Below are positions 59,043 to 64,000 of a stretch of 64,000 nt of DNA, piece after piece. Location: the NCBI GenBank assembly GCA_019057815.1, contig JAHLWR010000014.1, positions 1-64,000 on the forward strand. Direction: 5' to 3'. The DNA is from Candidatus Heimdallarchaeota archaeon. Its GTDB lineage: Archaea; Asgardarchaeota; Heimdallarchaeia; Heimdallarchaeales; Heimdallarchaeaceae. The notes below the pieces were generated by a model, which was given only the letters and a program-made list of their open reading frames with translations, made no database searches and had not been told where the DNA came from. Made by a program: the position numbers and the translations under genes. Every line of letters begins with the position of its first letter. Position 1 is the stretch's first letter.

Positions 59043-59678
59043 ATGTCAAAAATAAAAATTCTTCTAATTGATGATGATTCAAATGATAGATTACTGATTA
59101 TTAGACACTTAAAACGAGAATTTCAAGATGTTGAAATAACGCAAATAATAAATGAATCTGAATTTTATTCTGCACTTGAAAAAGAGAATTTCAATTGTGT
59201 TATTACTGATTATGTTTTCTATTGGTCTGATGGTTTGTCTATTTTGAGAACTATTAAGAAACTAGATCCTAATATGCCCGTTATAATGTTTACAGGTACA
59301 GGAGATGAAGAAGTAGCTGTAAAAGCCATGAAGACTGAATTAGATGATTATATTATAAAAAAACCGAAACACTTCCAACGTCTGGCTGTATCCGTGAAAA
59401 AGACTTTAGAGAGATATGAAGAAAAAAAGAGATTAAAAGAAATAGAAATAGAAAAAAAACAAGCATTTGATCAATTAAGAAAGAATCTCGAAGCTTTTTC
59501 TATTTTGATAGATGAAATCAGAAATCCATTGACAATCATTTTGGGCTTAGCAGAGTTTTGTAAAGAAGATTGTGCAAAAACAATTACTAAAAATGTAATA
59601 TTTATTGAAGAAGCTATAAGAAAAATTGATGATAGATATCTTGAATCTATAATTACATGGAATTTATTGCAGAAATAA
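59043..59678 (+). CDS. REC domain plus degenerate His-less HisKA/DHp helix, no ATPase domain
   Basis: LLIDDD, ITDY, FTGTG, KKP; C-terminal LIDEIRNPLTII. Confidence 0.85.
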   Translation: MSKIKILLIDDDSNDRLLIIRHLKREFQDVEITQIINESEFYSALEKENFNCVITDYVFYWSDGLSILRTIKKLDPNMPVIMFTGTGDEEVAVKAMKTELDDYIIKKPKHFQRLAVSVKKTLERYEEKKRLKEIEIEKKQAFDQLRKNLEAFSILIDEIRNPLTIILGLAEFCKEDCAKTITKNVIFIEEAIRKIDDRYLESIITWNLLQK

Positions 59679-59726
59679 TTAAGAATCGACTCTCAGTAAA
59701 AACCTTTCTCCCAAAAAAGAAAAAGG

Positions 59727-61175
59727 TTAAATTTTAATTGTCTTCCAGAACTTTTTAGCTGATTTATTGCCACCATATCCAAGTAATTTTCCTACGTATG
59801 GCCAGATAGGATTAAGAAAAGGAAGATACATTACAATCCAATTAGCAATCTTATGAGGAAGTGTAGGAACATGATTATACTCACAATCAGAGATACATCT
59901 AGAACAGTCTCCACCATTGTCTAACCAGAACATATAACATGTTTCTACATTGATATACCATTTCTTGATACCAGGATTATTGCTCATACTATAGGTTTTG
60001 TATGAGGGCTCTTTATCAAATGGAATAGAAGCACTTGGGCATTTTTCAGCACATGTCATGCAAGTTTTACAGAACTTCTCTACAGATTTAGCGAATTTAT
60101 AATCTGCTTTATCTGGAACCAAAGGTAAGTCAGTTAATATTTTTGCTATCCTAATTCTAGGACCATATTCTCTTGTAATCAACAATCCATGGCGACCATA
60201 ACCCCCGAGTCCAGCTTCTACAGCTAGAGGTACTGACAAACCTAGACTGTTACCAGCTGGGATAGCTTCATAACCTAGATTTTTAAGAAAACTTGATAAT
60301 AGTGTTCTTACAAAAGCTATTTTCGAGTATCCTAGACCTGTTGCAATACCTGAGGGCATCTTTGGTGCAGTGTTTATCGCTCCTTGATCCATTTCAATTG
60401 CTATAACAATAGCGTATTGAATCTTTTCAGGGATGACATAAGATCTATCCAGTCGATCATTTGTATAAATCCACTTTGGATCAAATTTAGCTATTCCAAT
60501 CAAATCTGCACCATAAAACTTAGCAATCTTTTTCAGCCATTGAGTCATTATCTTAGGGTCTTCAATATCATATTTGGCTGGTTTTTGAACATCATAATTA
60601 ACCTGCTTAACATTATTTTTTGCTTTTTCTTCCTCCAATTTCTTCTTATCCTCTTCTGTTAAAGTTAGTTTTCTATCATTATGGAATTCTCTCATAGAAA
60701 CTAAATTTTCTATTGTCCAAGCGGCATCAACAGCTGCAAGTTCAATTTCAGAATAGCCATCTAATCCCATGGCTGCTTTTTCTTTAGCTTTTCCAAAGAT
60801 TGGTTTCTTGTAACCATCAAAACTTTCATCCCACATTCTTCGACTGAAAATAGTATTTTTTTCATTAAATCTTTGAAAAATCTCTTCATCTATCTCAAAA
60901 GGTTGTTTTTCTTTTTTCCAATCTTTATTCTTCGTTTTTAACTTTAATTTACCTGGAATAATCTTCTTCTTATCACTTCTCTTTACTTCTATTGCATCAA
61001 ATGGACAGACATAGACACACTGTAAACAGTTGATACAATTGCTTTTTATGATTACAGCAGTGTTTTTCTCTATTTTAACCGCTATTTTACCCCTCTTGTT
61101 CTGAGGACAAATATCAACACATTCTTGTTTACATTGAGTTGGTTTACATCTATCAGATAGATTAAGAATTTCCAT
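59727..61175 (-). CDS. Reductive dehalogenase-family protein with N-terminal RLI-like 2[4Fe-4S] domain
   Basis: KFYGADLIGI, LKNLGYEA, AVEAGLG..GRHGLLITREYGPRIR, FCKTCMTCAEKCP, CSRCISDC. N-terminal CKPTQCKQECVDICP and CINCLQCVYVCPFDAI. Confidence 0.88.
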   Translation of the reverse strand: MEILNLSDRCKPTQCKQECVDICPQNKRGKIAVKIEKNTAVIIKSNCINCLQCVYVCPFDAIEVKRSDKKKIIPGKLKLKTKNKDWKKEKQPFEIDEEIFQRFNEKNTIFSRRMWDESFDGYKKPIFGKAKEKAAMGLDGYSEIELAAVDAAWTIENLVSMREFHNDRKLTLTEEDKKKLEEEKAKNNVKQVNYDVQKPAKYDIEDPKIMTQWLKKIAKFYGADLIGIAKFDPKWIYTNDRLDRSYVIPEKIQYAIVIAIEMDQGAINTAPKMPSGIATGLGYSKIAFVRTLLSSFLKNLGYEAIPAGNSLGLSVPLAVEAGLGGYGRHGLLITREYGPRIRIAKILTDLPLVPDKADYKFAKSVEKFCKTCMTCAEKCPSASIPFDKEPSYKTYSMSNNPGIKKWYINVETCYMFWLDNGGDCSRCISDCEYNHVPTLPHKIANWIVMYLPFLNPIWPYVGKLLGYGGNKSAKKFWKTIKI

Positions 61176-61250
61176 TAGTCTGAAAACTGTGTATCATGCT
61201 AAAAATTTTTTGTAACGAGGATAAGTTTTGTGAAAATTCTCTGTAAGTTT

Positions 61251-62705
61251 TTATTTCATCTTTTTAGAAATCAAATAATTATTACCCCGTTGTACTATTT
61301 TCCCTTTGTTTAATAATATTTTAAGATCTGTTTCCAGGATATTAGAAGCATATCTCTTGTAGCGCTCTGGTAAATCTTTTTCTGTAATTTCAAGTAAATC
61401 TTGATTTGAATTGATACCTTGTTTGATTGCTTTATAAAGAATTTTAGTTCTGTGTTTAATGTTTTTCTTGTTTGCTTTAATATTTTTCTTGACATTATCC
61501 AAAATTCCTCCTTCGCCAGGAAGACCATATTTAACATGTAAAGATAATATTTTCTCTAAGCTTTGAACATAGCAAGTTGCTGAACCCTTTTTATGATCAA
61601 TCAAACATACAGTTTCTTTTAACAGAATTCCTCCAACGAACAAAATCTTCCTTGTGTCATAAAATCCTAGTAAACCTTCTGTATGACCTGGAAGGGATAT
61701 AACTTCAATTCCCCATTCTTTTTTAAAGAGAGATTTATGGCCTATTGATTTATAATCTCCCAATTTGATAAAATCTCCGTTTTTTAAAGTTTGAGCGACC
61801 TTAATTCCTTTTTCTTCTAGAATTTTTGCTGTATTATCAGAAGCATAAATCGGTATGTTATATTTTTCTTTAAGATATTTAGCAAAATTACAATTAGATT
61901 CATGATGATGACTAACAAGAATACCTTCAATTGACATAATGTTGTTTTGAACATATTCCTCCAAATTTGATAAGGCTTTAAGATCCTCAGCTCCTGGGTC
62001 TAGAATATATTTTCTTTTATCTCCAATAACATAGATGTTTGAAACTGAGACTTTAATATGAGTCAAGCCTGGAACAGTGAATCTTAGAATATGGGGAAAA
62101 ACGTAAGTTTGAATATGGTTCTGAGCACTTTGTTCTGTTTGAGTGTGTGAGATTTCAGTGATGTTGAAGTCTTTATCTCTATAAGTTTCTATTAAATGAA
62201 CAACAAAAGGGCTGAAAATTTTAGATATTCTATTAAATTCCTTTTCAATGCTTTTTAACGAGAACCATTTAAATTTGGGAATCGGTTTATCTTTTTTCAT
62301 TTTCATATTAAAAGGCGCTAATATACTATAACTTTGAATCTCATATTTTCTAGAACCCTCAAGATGTGTGATATTACAACAAGGAATTATTAGATGTAAC
62401 ATGTTACTTATCATCAATGTATCAGCTACAAGAATATGACTGTAAACCTCTTCATGCTTCTTTTCTAGAGTAGACTTATGGAAAGAGTAAAAAAGAGTCT
62501 TTTGAACAAGAAGACGAATTACACTCAGTCTATTGAGTAGATCTGTGATAATATCTCCTTCTTTTCCTCGTATTTTTTTAGTGAGGATAATGTCTTCTTC
62601 AGTTATAAAATCAGTAAACTTCTGCCAAATCTTAGGACCAGAAAAAAAGGGATAATGACCTTTAATTAACAGAAATTCAGTATTCCCTTCCTTAATCGAA
62701 AACAA
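61251..62705 (-). CDS. Metallo-beta-lactamase-fold protein with degenerate metal site and N-terminal extension
   Basis: ILDPG, SHHHESN (vs HxHxDH), PGHT, VGGI (vs GD), PGEG (vs PGHG). Confidence 0.75.
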   Translation of the reverse strand: MFSIKEGNTEFLLIKGHYPFFSGPKIWQKFTDFITEEDIILTKKIRGKEGDIITDLLNRLSVIRLLVQKTLFYSFHKSTLEKKHEEVYSHILVADTLMISNMLHLIIPCCNITHLEGSRKYEIQSYSILAPFNMKMKKDKPIPKFKWFSLKSIEKEFNRISKIFSPFVVHLIETYRDKDFNITEISHTQTEQSAQNHIQTYVFPHILRFTVPGLTHIKVSVSNIYVIGDKRKYILDPGAEDLKALSNLEEYVQNNIMSIEGILVSHHHESNCNFAKYLKEKYNIPIYASDNTAKILEEKGIKVAQTLKNGDFIKLGDYKSIGHKSLFKKEWGIEVISLPGHTEGLLGFYDTRKILFVGGILLKETVCLIDHKKGSATCYVQSLEKILSLHVKYGLPGEGGILDNVKKNIKANKKNIKHRTKILYKAIKQGINSNQDLLEITEKDLPERYKRYASNILETDLKILLNKGKIVQRGNNYLISKKMK

Positions 62706-62787
62706 ATAATCCCAATTCCTTTTTGAACATTCATTCGTTTACTCAACTTTTCGAGATATTTTATTCAACAATGTGAAGAGATATATT

Positions 62788-64000
62788 CTATATAAGCTCA
62801 ACATCATGACTTGTAGATTCTTTCCTACCTGCAGCGGTGATTTGGATGAATTCAGCATTTTTCTGCATTTCTTCAAGGTTTTTTGCACCACAATAACTCA
62901 TCCCTGAACGAAGTCCACCAACAAGTTGGAAGATTACTTCAGTAGCTGTTCCGCGGTAGGGTACCATAGCTTCGACACCTTCAGGGACAACAGAACCATA
63001 ATCTAGTTCATCAAATGAACCCTTTTTCTCTCTGGATTCTCTTCCAATAGTTGCACCTAAAGAAGCCATACCTCTAACAACTTTGTATCGCTGTCCATGT
63101 CTAAGAATTGGTACTCCAGGACTCTCTTCTGTTCCAGCAAGTAGACCCCCAATCATAACAGTGGATGCTCCAGCAGCAATAGCTTTAGTTATGTCACCAG
63201 ACGTTCTAATCCCGCCATCAGAGATTAGAGGAATATTATGTTCTTTAGCTACTTTTGCACAATCTATTATAGCAGTTAACTGAGGAACACCGCTTCCAGC
63301 TACCAATCTTGTTATACAGATCGAACCACTTCCAACACCTACTTTGATAGAATCACATCCTGCTTCAATTAACTCCAGAGTTCCATCACCAGTTGCTACA
63401 TTTCCAGCTATTAGCTCTATATCACCAAAAATCTTACGAATTTCTTTAATTGTGTCAAGGGTCAGAATAGAATGTCCATGAGCGATATCAATAACTAGCG
63501 CATCTACATCTGCGTTGATGAGTGCTTCAGCTCTTTGGATATAATCACCACGTACTCCTATTGCTGCACCAACTAATAGTCTCCCTTTTGCATCTTTAGA
63601 AGAATCAGGTAAAATTTTACTTTTAATAATGTCTTTTGATGTAATTAATCCTCTTAATTTCTTGTTTGAATCAACTAAAGGCAGTTTTTCTATTCTATTT
63701 TTTTGTAAAATTACTTTAGCCTCTTCAATTGATATAGAAGGATCAGCTGTTATAAGGTCTGTAGACATTAATTCTGAGATTTTCATATCGCCATTTTCTC
63801 CAAAAACAATGTCTCTATTGGTAAGTATTCCGACAAGGTTATCCCCGTTATCTGTGACTAAAATCCCAGAGATACCCTTCTCTTCCATTAATTTCTTAGC
63901 AACCTGCAATGTATGAGAAGGAGTTAAACAATAGGGGGAGTCAATTCTAATCATTTCAGAACGCTTAACTTTGTTGACTTCTTCAACTTGATCGGGAACA
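62788..64000 (-). CDS. guaB: IMP dehydrogenase with CBS pair (5' end beyond window)
   Basis: [44 protein letters not shown]. The frame stays open upstream ([15 protein letters not shown]). Confidence 0.96.
   Translation of the reverse strand, partial: VPDQVEEVNKVKRSEMIRIDSPYCLTPSHTLQVAKKLMEEKGISGILVTDNGDNLVGILTNRDIVFGENGDMKISELMSTDLITADPSISIEEAKVILQKNRIEKLPLVDSNKKLRGLITSKDIIKSKILPDSSKDAKGRLLVGAAIGVRGDYIQRAEALINADVDALVIDIAHGHSILTLDTIKEIRKIFGDIELIAGNVATGDGTLELIEAGCDSIKVGVGSGSICITRLVAGSGVPQLTAIIDCAKVAKEHNIPLISDGGIRTSGDITKAIAAGASTVMIGGLLAGTEESPGVPILRHGQRYKVVRGMASLGATIGRESREKKGSFDELDYGSVVPEGVEAMVPYRGTATEVIFQLVGGLRSGMSYCGAKNLEEMQKNAEFIQITAAGRKESTSHDVELI

Noticed and set aside
288-63916. Numerous short antisense or nested ORFs in the track (e.g. 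19186-19572, 25030-25458, 25810-26268, 40280-40618, 55665-56015)
   Set aside because: Shadow frames of well-supported genes on the opposite strand.
1-64000. tRNA/rRNA genes
   Set aside because: No cloverleaf with T-loop GTTCRA in a GC-rich context and no rRNA-like segment was seen.

Overview
AT-rich archaeal chromosomal window, inferred to be Asgard (probably Heimdallarchaeia-like). The inference rests on TATA-type promoters, TPR proteins with C-terminal longin/roadblock-like domains, a Rab-like small GTPase, an Lrp-TRASH copper regulator and a TAT-less reductive dehalogenase. Housekeeping and metabolic content: peptidases and amino-acid catabolism (LysDH-like, lat, split FTCD, D-aminoacylase, PepD, M28, 2-hydroxyacyl-CoA dehydratase plus activase), two DegV proteins, lipoate ligase, four atypical alpha/beta hydrolases, a copper operon, an unannotated rubredoxin, a PIN/UPF0175 toxin-antitoxin pair, several exported proteins and guaB. 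The most notable locus is a solo 492-aa TnpB (45075-46553). It has a Fanzor-type rearranged RuvC, a structured omega-RNA region ending in TTCAA, and symmetric 19-bp inverted repeats plus CATG on both sides. As a result, its predicted guide matches (18/20) a site next to its own promoter. Other points of interest: a 10-kb cluster of two-component genes, TPR-longin paralogues and a Rab-like GTPase; an RLI-type ferredoxin fused to a reductive dehalogenase; two exported-protein plus membrane-tethered wHTH modules with candidate operators; PIP boxes on DUF72 and on a small orphan protein; and two candidate structured RNAs. No rRNA, tRNA or CRISPR array was seen. All family calls come from motif recognition by eye, not database searches.
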